Shown: positions 24,884 to 37,089, counted from the first letter of the stretch. The stretch: DNA of 64,000 bases from Paramoeba atlantica (GCA_977017575.1 CDRNVI010000149.1:62001-126000); one strand, 5' to 3'. Notes: a model not told the origin generated them from the sequence alone. A program made the numbers and translations.

Positions 24884-25910
24884 CAAGAGTTAATCTGATT
24901 AATTTCCCTTCCATCCCTTTAGGATGATGAAGAGTCCCGCAAAGCAGTTGCTTGTGTAATAGCAGCGAAGGTGTCGCCTCCTGGAATTGGGCCCGAGGGC
25001 TTGGATGAACATGTTCTTTTTTTCCTTTCTCTTCTAAAGCCTTTCTAAAACTGAGACAAAAAAAATTAAAAGAGTGCTGTTGCTACTCAATTGGAGGTCA
25101 TTGTGAACCAACTGGAAGTACTTAAGTTCTTGCCTCTCTTCTTTCGATCCCCTTTTTTGTGTGTTCTTTTCTGAATTTTTATTTTCTGCGTTTCTTTTCT
25201 GTGTTTCTCTTTCTTCTTTCTTCTTTCTTTTTCTTTTTCTCCTTTTTTTCCTTTTTTTTCCTTTTTTTTCCTTTTTTTTCCTTTTTTTCCCTTTTTTTCT
25301 CCTTTTTTTCCTTTTTTTTCCACAGAGAGATTATCAGACTGAAAAAGACAATCGAGGAAAAGAAATTGGTAATCCCAAATGCCAAAGAACTTGCTAAAAT
25401 TCTTGATGATTTAATGTATGTATATTTCTTCTTTTTTCATTTTCTTTTTCTTTTTTTTAACCTTATTATTACTTTGTACAGTATTTCATTTGGAAGACCT
25501 CCTTCTCTTCTGCCTCCTCCAATTAGACAACCTATGTCTCCTCTGATTAGACAACCTATGTCTCCTCCGATTAGACAACCTATGTCTCCTCCGATTAGAC
25601 AACCTATGTCTCCTCCACCAGGAAGAACTATGTAAGAGAAAGCATTCTTTTTCTCTTTAAAATATTTCTCTCTCTTCTCTTTTCTCTTAAAAAATAATCT
25701 CATTTTTCTTAATAATACAGAATGGGGAAACTCAAAACAACAATTGGGAGTCCAACAGTAGTTCAGGATAAGGGGTGGGATCTTTAAAATTCTTCTCTCT
25801 GCCTCTTTACAATTTTTCTTTTCTGATAAAATATAATCAATAGTCTCACAGGAACTTTAAAAAGAAGAGGAGGTCAAATCCTGTCGCCAAAGAGAAAAAA
25901 GGCCAAGTGA
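24479..25910 (+). CDS. Multi-exon gene of unknown function with (IRQPMSPP)x4 repeat and basic C-terminus
   Basis: MEYDEQ / TRIIAYLKENKK...FLECLSFFSECLE / DDEESRKAVAC.. / EIIRLKK..ILDDL / ISFGRPP..repeat / MGKLKTT.. / TLKRRGGQILSPKRKKAK*. The 24-nt unit occurs x4 at 25519-25614. Confidence 0.65.
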
Positions 25911-26604
25911 GGTGGTTGCTGCATTTTGTGTTATTGTTGAGGGAATCTATCAGCCAAGAATAAACATTTTTTCTTTTCTTTAACTTCAAAGACAGGTGTT
26001 CTTTCAATCTTTATTTTCTCTCTCGCCTCTCTTCTCTTGTTTTTTTTGTGTCAGGGGGAACTAAATTTATTTGTTGAAGAAAAATTGTTGGGGTTTGAAA
26101 AAACAAAGCGTGAAAAAGATGATATCATCTAGTAAATAATTTTCATGGAACTCAAAAGAAGAAGAAAAAGAAAAAAAAAAAAGAAAGGAGTCATATTTTT
26201 TGTCTCTTTCACAAAATCAATTAAAAGTGTTGAACAAAACATGATTTTTGAAACAGATACATCCCCTCCACCCAAGAGAGAGGAGATAGAGAGAGGAAGG
26301 GACATTTGATATTATCTCCTCATTTCTTTTTTTTTTACTTCACTGTAGATTGTGCCCAATGCATGTTCCAAAACTTTCATCATAATCAACAGATGCAACT
26401 GAACCACCCTGAAGTTAACAAGAAATTCCACCTTTTCCAATCTTTCCAACAATTCCATTTGCAGTAAAAGAAACAACCATCTTTTCTTTTGATTTTAGCT
26501 CTTGTATGGTGCCCACATCACAAATACTAATTTACTCCTTTCACATGTGATCAGAAGGAGAGATGTATTTTTGATGTGAGTCAATCCATATGCACATTTG
26601 TCTC

Positions 26605-29600
26605 TTTTTTTTTTTTTTTAAGGTCAGACACCAGGTGCCATTTATTGAAGTTAAAAAACCATCTCTAGGATGGAAAAGGGGGGGGAAGAAAAAGGGAGGA
26701 AGGAGAAGATAAATTAAAAAACAGACACAAAGATCTTTTCAGCATGGGATGCATTGGAGCTTCTTCAACAAATTCAATTCTCACTAAGGGGTCTGCGTTT
26801 GATTGCCCGTCTCCTAAAAGCAGGGAGTGAGTTCGGTTTGGGGTTTTCAATAAAGTTAATTACATTCCTTCGAAAATCTTCTTCAATAAAGTTCCTCACA
26901 AGGTTGCTCTCTTGAGACTGAGGGAACCATCCTTGGATATCCTTAGTAATTATTACAGGGAGGATTAGAGCATTCTCAAGAGCAGTTTGGGCCGGAAACA
27001 AGGCATGGGGGGTTGTCACTGTGTTCCCTTGGAATTTCCTTACAAAATTTCCTGGAGGGATTGGAAAGGTCCAGTCACGGATAAGAGGGGAATTGATCCA
27101 GTTCCACAGGGTTGAATTAAGAATAATCCACTCTTCGCTGGTTTCTGCAACATGTTGTGCCCTTGGATCCCAATGAATCACAGCACATGCTCCATCCTCT
27201 TTAGACCAACTTGCAGCAGTTGCAATTGCATCAGCTCGCTTGTTTAGTTCTCAGGGTACATGGGTGAATTCTATCTCATCAAAGTAAGTTGCTAACTCGC
27301 GGATTTCACAAAGTAATTCATTCAGAGCATAATTTTTGATGGCATGGGTTTTGGGCGCTGCCTTGGTAAGAATCATACAATCCCCAACAACTTCAATCTC
27401 ATTTATCATTGATCTGGCACTTTGCATTCCTTTCAGGCAGCTTGTAAATTCACCAATATTGTTGGAACCAAGAGGAATGGTTTCGAACCCACCACATATC
27501 TCTTTCCCTTCCCTGAAAACTGCAAAACCCGCACCCCCCAGATGAGGGTCTGTACAACCTGAACCATCATAAAACACTTGAAAGCCTTTGAATTTAAAAC
27601 TTTTCTTCTCTTTAGGTCCTTTCTTGGTTTGAGTCTTTGGGGGCCGAGGGAGGATTTTGTTCTTTCTCAGGATTTTTTCGAAAACTTCTGTGGCATACTG
27701 GGGTGATTTCGATCCTTCTGCACACATGGTGAGCCACAAACTTAACAGGGCAACACTCACCACTGAGGTTTCTTGCCTGGTAAGATACTTTGAGACAAGG
27801 CCACACACATTCTTAGTCTCTTGCCAGTTGGGTACTTTCAGCAAAATACATTTCCTTCCCATTGCTTGAAGGAGACCCTCAGCCACAGAGCATTCCTCCA
27901 GTAGATGAGTTCACGACTCCTTTTCTCGGTGGCAGAGGCAACAACTTGAGTCTTGGTTTGTGAAGTGAGACAACTTGTCTCTTGTAGGCAGCCCTCTTAT
28001 CAGGAATTTAAACAAATTCCTCTTGAGTTGAGGTCTAATTGCATGAGCCAAGTTGTACACCACACACTCAGCTCTTCCTTCCCCCACACATAGATCCTTA
28101 ATTTCAATTGGAATCATACGAGACATATTGGTATATGCAATTCGAGTGGCCTGGCCAAAAACAACTTTGGAAGAGAGGCTTTGGGCTGCAATGAGGGCGT
28201 CCTTCCGCATGGCTCCAATGGAAAGAGGACTCTGATAGTCGCTCCTCATTGGTGGACGAGAGGTGAGGAGAGCCCAATTAAAAACAATGGGGTGGTGTAG
28301 TTGGGGATTTGAGTCCAAGGGAGGATAGCATGAAGTAAGAATAGAGGTTTTAGTATTGGCATAGGCACCCAGGGCTGAGCGGATGGATTTCCACATCAAG
28401 GAGGCGACAGATTTCAGAATCAGTTTGAATCTCGCTAAGTATCCCATGCACAGAGTTAGATAGGTATTGACCATCCTTACTCTTGAGCGAAAATTACCAC
28501 CTCTCCTTTTAATTGCTGTTCCAACTTTCTTCATCTTTAGGACCACCTTCTCCCAATCTTTGAGAGGAGATAACCGTTTGCTCAATCTCACTCCCAGATA
28601 CACAGTTTCATCACCACAGTAATTGGGTCTTGCCATCTCAGCCCAGGGGCCTACTGGTTTGTAGGACTCAGTTGAGAGAACAAAGCACTTATTGAAGTTC
28701 AGTTTAGCTCCAGTCGCTTCTTCATATTTCTTAAAGGTTGGAGTGAGAGAATTGATAGTTTCAGCTCTCTGAAGCACCATCCCCAAATCATCCATAAAGC
28801 CTGACAAGTCTTGGGGGTTGTGTTTCTTCTTCAGGCTCACAAGGAGGATGTCAAACACAATCACAAACAAAAGGGGAGAGATCGGACATCCTTGTCTAAT
28901 GCCTGTTCGACTTTGGATTGATTCTTTGGTGCCACCCCTCTTGGATCCACCAATATTCGGCAGCCAGGTTACAGATTCCCGAAGTACCTTTTCAACAACA
29001 TAGATCGCTTGAGGGGGGGCATTCAAACCTTTGAGAATATGAAGGAGAGCATCCCGGTTCACATAATCATATGCCTTGCAAAAGTCTGTTTGAAGAAGAG
29101 TCACATCTTTCCCCTCTGCCAGAGCTTCATAAAAAGAGTCATACACTGATTCCACTGCTTCATCGATTGATCTCCCCTTGAACATTGCATGTTGTTCTTT
29201 GGAGATCACTCCACTTGCAATCTCCATCAGCCACTTTGCCCAATATCTCATCACAATCTGATAATCTGAGTTGGTAACACTGATTGGTCGAAATTGGTCA
29301 GGACAGGGGATGTTCTCAACTTTTGCGATCAGACAGAGTTGGCTCTCACCAAAAGAGGGGGGAAAATCCATAATCTCACCTGCTTGCTGAATTAATTCCA
29401 CCCACATATCAAAGTACTTTTCTTGTGTCGCCTTATACAAAGAGAAGGGGATACCATCAGGTCCTGCGCTGGTGTTGTTGGTTCTCTGAAGTAGTTTATC
29501 AACTTTCTTCCTGTCCACGTCATGTTTCTCGACTGGGGGGAAACGAGGATAATGGTCAGCGATCAGTTCGTCGAGAGAATCCTTGTTATATGGTCTTTCT

Positions 29601-31132
29601 GTGCTGAGGAGACCCTCTCAAAAATCCTTAATTGCTTTTTTAACCACATTATCATCACGAGAGATCACCCCATCCACAATTACACCTTTAACACAGGGTG
29701 AGGATTTGCGACCAGGGCGTGAGGGGTGTTCATCCACAAAAATTCCGAGTTGTTGTTCAAGAACTGCAATTCGAGCATTCCCAGCTTTAATCATCCTGGG
29801 AATAGCTTTGATTCTCCACTTCTTGTTATCTCGAGAGCCATTCCATCCTATCGCAGCTGTATGAAGGAGTTCAAGTTCCAACGAAGAGAAGGAGTGTACG
29901 GACGAATTCTTCCTTAGAATCCTGGTCTTTGCAAGTCGTTTGATGATTGTCTGGAGCTTCCATAATTCCTTGAAGAGGTGAGCTTCTTTCCCTTTGTCTT
30001 TCCACAGAGGAACTAATTCCCACGCCTTCTCCTTGAGTTTACTGAGGCAACTAACAGGATCACCTTCCACATAGTCCCCAACTTCATTAATGAGGGCATT
30101 AATAAATTTAGGATCTTTAATGAGGTATTCAGGGATTCTCTTCTTGTTCGACTTCAGTTCCCATTCCTTGATGCTGGTTCCTCCTACGATCATCACATGA
30201 TCCTTAAAGCCTGATGGGATCGCATTAACAAAAATTCTTTCACTAGGAGCGTTCGATGGAATAAAAACATGATCAATACAGCGCCCTTGGAAATGAGTTG
30301 GTTCAGACCACCCCAGTCTTGATAGATTCCAAGATTCAGAGAATTCTGCAAGTTCTTTAAAGGGGGTCTCATTGAGATCCCGTTAAAGTCACCTCCCAAA
30401 ACATTCAGTCCATCTTTGGAGAAAAACTTTCCGATTTGATCTTGCATAAAGGGGAGTTTCAGATCGCAGTGTCGGTACACATTCATCACAGCATACTCAG
30501 TATTGAAGATCTTAGTTCTCAGTCCAAACATTCCACTCACAGAGCTTTCAATTGGGTATGGTTCAATATCAAGGAGACCTTCCATTCTCCTGACTCCAAT
30601 GGCGAGGCCCCGCTTTCGTTCCGAGAAAGGGTCTTTGAACCATAAATATTTCCTCATACAGTTCCTGAGATGATCGAGGTCTTTTTCGGATGAGGCATGG
30701 GTTTCTTGAAGTAAAATAAACAAGGGGGCGGCAACTTGCAGCCATTCTACGACAGAGGTTGAGTTTTTCATCATTATGAACACCATTGATGTTCCATGAC
30801 AAAATCCTCATGTCTGGGAACTTGTTATACAGATACAGATTCGGAAAAGGCGGTGCAGGGGAGGGAGGAAGAAAAGAGGATGAAGGGGGTTGAGACACTA
30901 AAACAGATGTTTGAGGGGTTGGGGGAGAGAGGTTAATTTTTTGACGAAGATCAATAATGGGAGAGTCAGAGGAAACACAGGGGTCCTTCAGTGGCGGAAA
31001 GAAAGATTTTAAATTACTTGTTTTTCTTTCCTTTTTTCTTTTCCATTATGAGGGGGGGAAGAGGAGGAGGATGAACCGTTGCTTGAACCAGAGATTCGAG
31101 CACTTTCCACCATAAGCACTTGGCCTCCCCTG
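26605..31132 (-). mobile_element. 5'-truncated L1/Tx1-like non-LTR retrotransposon with C-terminal RNase H
   Basis: Poly(A)15 (T run 26605-26619) 21 nt after AATAAA (26641-26646). TSD TGCACATTTGTCTC at 26591-26604 and 31133-31146. Probable ORF1 tail ends about 30825. Confidence 0.92.
26774..30811 (-). pseudogene. LINE ORF2: APE endonuclease - RT - CCHC - RNase H - unknown tail
   Basis: SWNING, LQETH, GGDFN, DH (APE); AGPDG, FRPIS, DFCKAYD, GIRQGCPISP, FMDD (RT); CCLC..*THLLEEC; YDGSG, NNIGEF, VGDC, HVP*ELNKRAD (RNase H). About three frameshifts plus two TGA stops. Confidence 0.92.
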
Positions 31133-31724
31133 TGCACATTTGTCTCTTGGGAGATAAGTTGTGAATTCAGTCCATTTTCTGTTCGTCCATCCACCACACC
31201 CTCACTTTTCGATAAATCATGATAATTCAGTTCGACATTTTCCATGTCATTGATCAAGAAGCCATAGTAGTAGTAGTTGTATTTGTTGATCAATCACAAC
31301 CACACAAGAAGGGGTATTGTTTTGATTGTTTTTTGTTTTGATTGTTTTTTGTTTTGATTGTTTTTTGTTTTGATTGTTTTTTGTTTTTGTGGTTTTTTTT
31401 GGTGTGTGTTGGGTCAAGGAGGAAGGGGGGGGGCGAAGAAACCTGTGTTCTTTGGAAAAAGTTGGTTCGGTGAAGTGAAGTGTCATATTGAGTGGTTTCT
31501 CATTTTCAAAGACAACTACTCCCAACCAGCCCTCCTCATTCCTTTTTTCGTCTTTCAAAAAGTTTTGTTGTCCAAAGCGCCCGCCGAACACCACCGAGAA
31601 TATGTAAAATTGAAAAAAAATCAAAAAAAGAGAAAATTTGTGGGAATTGAACCACACCCTCCTTTTTTTTTTGGTGCTTGCTCTTTTCGGTGATCTTTTA
31701 TTTTGTTTGTGGGACGATTGTTTC

Positions 31725-32195
31725 TGTAAATGCTTGGTTTATTTTGGGTACAGAAAATAAAGCACAAGGTCAAATGAAATCGTAAAAGGTGTGGTCCAAA
31801 AAAAAGGATAACAGAAAAGACAGCAGCAAAAGCAGAAAACAGCAAAGTGAAAGCGGAAAGCAGAAAAGTGAAAGTGAAAAGTAAAAAGGACAGATTGGCA
31901 GACTGTGACGTATTTCTGAGAAATGGAAATCTCAAGAAAGAGCAACATACGTGTCAAAGAGATTCGATATGGTGGTTCAACATCATTGTTCGCCAAAAAA
32001 CAAAGAGACGAGAAGAAAGTGATCCAAAGATTAATAAGTGTGCTAAATCTAGCGCACCAATACAAAAACAATAAAATATATCCTTTATTAGGATATTTTT
32101 GTGTTCGTTTCTGTTCAGATTTCTTGTTTGCGCGTTGGACCAAGAGAATCGAGAGAGTTTTGTTTTTGAGGCTGCAAAGGATTTCCGTATTTACA
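31725..32195 (+). mobile_element. Solo LTR (471 bp) with 4-bp TSD
   Basis: TGTAAAT...ATTTACA; TTTC on both flanks. Confidence 0.9.
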
Positions 32196-32221
32196 TTTCT
32201 TCTCGCCAACCAACATCCCCA

Positions 32222-32450
32222 ATGATGATGATGAGAGTTCAGTTGATGTTGTTGATCGTTGTTTGATCAAAAAACCTCAAGAGAGAAGAAGAAGGAGAGT
32301 GGTGGGAAGTTTAAAACACCAACAACTTGAGAAGTGTGTTTTATTCAAACTCAAGATTTTTGAAGTCGACGAAGGAAGATCCAGGCTTCGACTGCGATTC
32401 AAGTTCTATCTTGGTGATGAGTGTGATGTGTCTCTCCCCCTCTCTTCTCT
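32222..32450 (+). pseudogene. Decayed third copy of the PB1 gene 5' part
   Basis: ATGATGAGAGTTCAGTTGATG...TTCTATCTTGGTGATGAGTGTGATG matches 42241-42425 with indels. Confidence 0.85.
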
Positions 32451-32456
32451 TTCTAG

Positions 32457-34075
32457 AGATCTTTCTGCCAATACTTTGAGGGACTGTTCCACCAGAAATT
32501 CAAAATCTTCATCATGTCCAAATCATGTTTTTTTTTTATTTTTTATTTTTTATTTTTTATTTTTTATTTTTTATTTTTTATTTTTTATTTTTTATTTTTT
32601 ATTTTTTATTTTATTATTTTATTATTTTATTATTTTATTATTTTATTATTTTATTATTTTATTATTTTATTATTTTATTATTTTATTATTTTATTATTTT
32701 ATTATTTTATTATTTTATTATTTTATTATTTTATTATTTTATTATTTTATTATTTTATTATTTTATTATTTTATTATTTTATTATTTTATTATTTTATTA
32801 TTTTATTTCTTTTATTTTTGATAATTTCATCATTTAATCATCTTTTTCTTGCTGCAAACTCAGGAGTTGAAGCAAGGTGAGCAGCAAATTCCCGTGGAGT
32901 ATTGAACTGCCCAACGATTGGCACAACCACTTTCGTTGTTCGGAACGTCTTGGACTTCGCGCAACGAGAAAGAGAAAAAAGAACAGAATCGTTTTTCACC
33001 GAAACGGTCTCCTTCGTCATCATGATGACCTCAGCAGACCGTCTCAACCCAAAAAAAAGGAGCAAAGCACCAAAAGCGACTCTTGCCTTTCTCCCCCGTT
33101 TTGCGGTTTTCGTTCCACAAACTGTCTCACTTCCTCAAGCATGAAGATCTCTTTCTTCGCAGGTTGGTGTCCAAAAGTCTCTTTTTTTGAGGAGTGCATT
33201 GAGATCACGACAGGATCCCAAGTCAATGGCATACCTCAAGTAGATAAACCTTTTGTGTAAGCCACAATTGGGAAAACGATCCAGCATCGAACACACACAC
33301 ACGTGAGACCTTGGGTGTGAATCAAGTACCAAAGGTAACCCTCAAAAAACTCAATCAAGAGTTTTTCATTGATGGCATAGTCCAAGCCAGCCTCTGTCTT
33401 GAGTTGAAGAAAGTGTTCAAATCAAGCACCAGCATGAAGCACTGCCATTCTCGTGGGGCTGGGGTTCTTCGCTCAAAGAAGTCAACTACGATCCGACGAG
33501 ACATGTCGAAACCACAGTTTTCCTGGGTCAGAGATTTGGCTATGTCAGCAATCCCGTTTTCTACCCTCCTGCGTCTTTCCTCTCGCATCATCATTTGGCG
33601 TTGTGCCATTTTGGAAAAAACAAAATCGACCTTGACATGTGACAACCAACCAACATGAGTGATTAATTTCGAAGAAAATGAATTTGTTTTTCTTTTGAAA
33701 ATTCCTTTGCAGCAAGAAAAAGATGATTAAATGTTGAATCAATTGCTCGAAAAGACCATAATTGCATCATGAGTCTTTTGATTCATCTCAATCAGGATTC
33801 TTTGAGTCTCGAAAATCAAAAAGACTCTTGACGATTAACAGGCCTTTTTCGAGTGGTTGATCAACTGCTATTCTTTCTTTTCTTTCTTTTTCTTTTTCTT
33901 TTCTTTCTTTTCATTTCCTTTCCTTTTCTCTTCTCTTCTCTTCTCTTCTCTTCTCTTTCTTTCTTTTCCAAAAGGTTTTTAGGAGCCAATCAACTGAAAG
34001 GAGAAAAAATCTTGGACAAAATTTCAAAACTTCGTTCTTTAACTGATTTGTAATTTTTTCTTTTTCTTTTTTTTC

Positions 34076-34106
<31 letters not shown>

Positions 34107-34935
34107 TTTTTCTTTTTTTTCTTTTATCTTTATCTTTTTCTTTCTTTTTTTAATCTTTTTCTGTTTTCTTTATTTCTTTATTTCTTTCTTTCCCATTTTT
34201 CTTTCATTTTCTTTCATTTCTTTTCATTTCTTTCATTTCTTTTCATTTCTTTCATTTTTATTGAAATTATTTTTGATTTTATCAGATCACTGGGAGGGAA
34301 TTTCTTTTCAGGGACAATGCCTGTTGAATTTGCACAACTCTCTGATCTTCTTCAAATGTTTTTCTTTTTCTTTTTCTTTCTTTTTTTCTTTTTCTTTTTC
34401 TTTCTTTCTTTCTTTTTTCTTTTTTTCTTTTTTTTCTGATTATTTTTTGAATAAATTATTCTGTTCTGATGATTTTTTTTCTTTTCTTTCTTTCTCTCTC
34501 TTTTCTCTCTCCCTTTTCTCTCTCTTTCTCTCTTTCTTCTCTTTCTCTCTCTCTTTCTCTCTTCTCTCTCTCTCCTTTTCATAATATTATTAGAGACATT
34601 GTTTCTAATAACTTCACGGGGACTTTGCCTACTGAATTTGGGCAACCCTCCAATTTGACTTGGATGTTTTTTATTTTTTTTTATTTTTTTTTTATTTATT
34701 TTATTATTTTTATTATTTTTATTATTTTTATTATTTTTATTATTTTTTATTCTTTTTTATTCTTTTTTTCCTTTTTAACTCTTATTTCTTTTCTTTCCCT
34801 CTTCTTTCCCTCTTCTTTCTTTCTTTCTTCTTTCTTTCTTCTTTCTTTCTTTTCTCTTTGTAGGTATTCCAGTAAGAATTCATTCACAAGACCACTTCCA
34901 ACTGAAATAGGACAACTCACAAATCTTGTTCAAAT
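32457..34935 (+). pseudogene. LRR gene fragment, one repeat per exon, copy 1
   Basis: Phase-2 exons 32457-32526 (70 nt, frameshift), 33975-34049 (75), 34286-34357 (72), 34594-34665 (72), 34864-34935 (72, donor lost), e.g. SLGGNFFSGTMPVEFAQLSDL and DIVSNNFTGTLPTEFGQ. Confidence 0.85.
32831..33866 (-). mobile_element. 3'-truncated Crypton-like YR element in an LRR intron
   Basis: Absent from the duplicate intron (about 45260-45460). Encodes LLIEFFEGYLWY, HQPAKKEIFMLEEVRQFV, SFFLGLRRSAEV (catalytic R), SRCAKSKT. 28-bp perfect inverted repeat 32831-32858 / 33706-33733; palindromic 5' end 33738-33862. Confidence 0.75.
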
Positions 34936-35669
34936 TTCTTTTTTTCTTTTTTTCTTTTTTTCTTTTTTCTTTTTTCTTTTTTTTTCTTTTTTTCTTTTTT
35001 TTTCTTTTTTTCTTTTTTCCTTTTTTCCTTTTTCCTTTTTTCATTTTCTTTTTCTTTTTTCATTCTCTTTTTCTTTCCACCACCAACCCAAGATCAAAAA
35101 CCTTTATTTTATTGGGTGTTTTGTGGTGATGTGTTTTTTTTCTTTTCTTTGTTTTTCTTATGTTTTTCTTTGTTTTTCTTTGTTTTTTTTTTTGAATTGG
35201 AAAACTAATTTTTCTTTCTTTTCTTTTTCCTTTTTCTGTTAGATGACAATATAATCAAAAATCAAGAAAGACATAACAATTGAAGGGATTTTTGTGGTGA
35301 TGTTTTGGAGTTTTATGAACAAATTAAAAAGTTCTTTTGATTTGTTCAAACAACTCTTTTTTCTTCTTTGATATTTTTAAGCTATTTGACCCCTCAAGAC
35401 TGAATGTCCCAGAAGATGATCCAATTCTCGTTGAGAGAGAGAGAGAAAGAGAGAGAGAGGAGTCAGGGAGTTAGGGAGTCAAGGAGACTTGAGATCCCAC
35501 CAAACGAGGTTCTTTTTTTATTCTTTTTTTTTTATTCTTTTTCTTTGTTTTTTTCTTTTTTTTTTCCTTTGTTTTTCTTCTTTTTCTTTGTTTTTTCTTT
35601 TTTCCTCTTTTCTTTCTTTTTCCTCTTTTCTTTTTTTTTCTTTGTTCCTTTTCTTTTGTTTAATCTCCA

Positions 35670-36250
35670 TTTCCCTCTTTCTTTCTTTGGTACAACAAAG
35701 GCTAGAGATACCACTGTTGGTGAAGTCTCCTCTTCCACTGTGAATCCTAACTCCTCCTGTTCCTTTACATACTTCTTGAGTACTTTCTCCGGCCTTCTTC
35801 TCGCATCATTATCCCCTTGATTATCCTTGGTTTTGGTCTCTTCCCCTTTTGAAGTAGAGTTTTCTCGAGCCAACTCCAAACCTCCTTGTTTATCTTGATC
35901 TTCCTCTTCCATCTTCTCTTCTTCCTGATCAACATTGTCAATTCATGGAAATTTTCGGCCTTCTGGCCAGCTGAGCTGAGTGGCATTACGAATTACTCTG
36001 GTCTGCCTTGGGTTCATATTTCTTTGTCACTTTCTTTGGAATCTCCTTGAACCTCATTCGATGACATCCACCTCACCTCTGAGATCCTTGGATTTCCTAA
36101 AGTTGGTGTTAGAGAATCGTTTTCTTCTGTTCTGTCGATAGGATTGAAGATTTCTCCTAAATCAAATTTCACTTTCTCATCCTTTCCATTCTCATGTGTG
36201 TCTTTCTCTTCTATTTTCCTTCTCAAGTCCTGATTCTCTTTCTCCATATT
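35670..36250 (-). mobile_element. Retroelement fragment: gag-like region running into the RT start, copy 1
   Basis: ..EQEELGFTVEEETSPTVVSLAFVVPKKERGKWRL, truncated; no protease motif before RT, which suggests DIRS type. Confidence 0.6.
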
Positions 36251-37089
36251 TTCTGTTCCCTTGTTAATTCTACAAGCTGGTCTTCCACGCCGTGCTTACA
36301 TGAATTTGACCATGGCGATACATGATGAGGCATGAGAGTGCTTTTTATGTGCGGAAAGTGCTCAGATCCTTCAATGCAAGGATATCTTTTGAGATATTGC
36401 GTTCCTTCTGATGATGTGTGTGCTTTTTGTCCATCTCCTGTGCCCCATTTTGCCCCCTCATCCACTTCTTGTCTTGCCTCTTTGCTTTCTTCTCCTCTGG
36501 TTTTAATTTATTTTAAAGATGTCAGATCATGCAAAATGAATTTGTGGATGCTAGGATCGGAAATTCAGATGACCAAACTGAAGTGATTGATTATTTTTGC
36601 TACAATACCAAATATACCTCTCTCTGATCTATTACAGTGTCGGAGTGAGTGAGACCTGCCTCCAACACATTAGTGGTGCTTTCCAGAGCTTTTAGAGCTT
36701 TCCTGAGCTTCTCTGAGCCTTCCCAGAGCTTCTCTGATGCCTTTTGTCATGGGTTTTGGCCTTCCTGATGAGCCAGGAGCTTCACAGACAGCCTGTGCGC
36801 CAGTTTGGTGATTTTAGCCAAAATCACGAGTTTTTTAGTGCTCTTTTTATTTGCTTTCTGCTTTCTTTTTTTCGCATTTCGTTTTCACACCGTTTTCTCT
36901 GGTTTCATTTTGGCTTGTGTGCTTCCTCTTCTCCTCTTTGTTTTGTGTTTTCCCTTTTTCCCTTCTTTTCTTTGTTGTTTGCTTTCTTGTTCTGTTTTGT
37001 GTTGGCTGGGGTCATTCCCATAAAGGTTTTGGTCCAGAGTTTAGTTTCTTTCCTTTTTCTCTCCTTTTTCCTTGTGTCTTCATTGTGAG

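Larger units (their letters stand above)
26330..31640 (-). pseudogene. Host gene relic (possibly NHL/beta-propeller) split by the LINE
   Basis: Joining across the TSD gives KWTEFTTYLPRDKCAYGLTHIKNTSLLLITCERSKLVFV. Upstream FLINDMENV and TEPTFSKEH exons, the latter paralogous to TEPTFFKEQ at about 2340-2370. Fold call is weak. Confidence 0.35.

Noticed and set aside
32530-32815. ORFs of repeated IILLFYYF
   Set aside because: This is an intronic (TTATTATTT)n microsatellite.
33855-33866. Helitron 5' end (A|TC)
   Set aside because: The downstream ORF is a tyrosine recombinase, with no Rep/helicase motifs or CTRR end.
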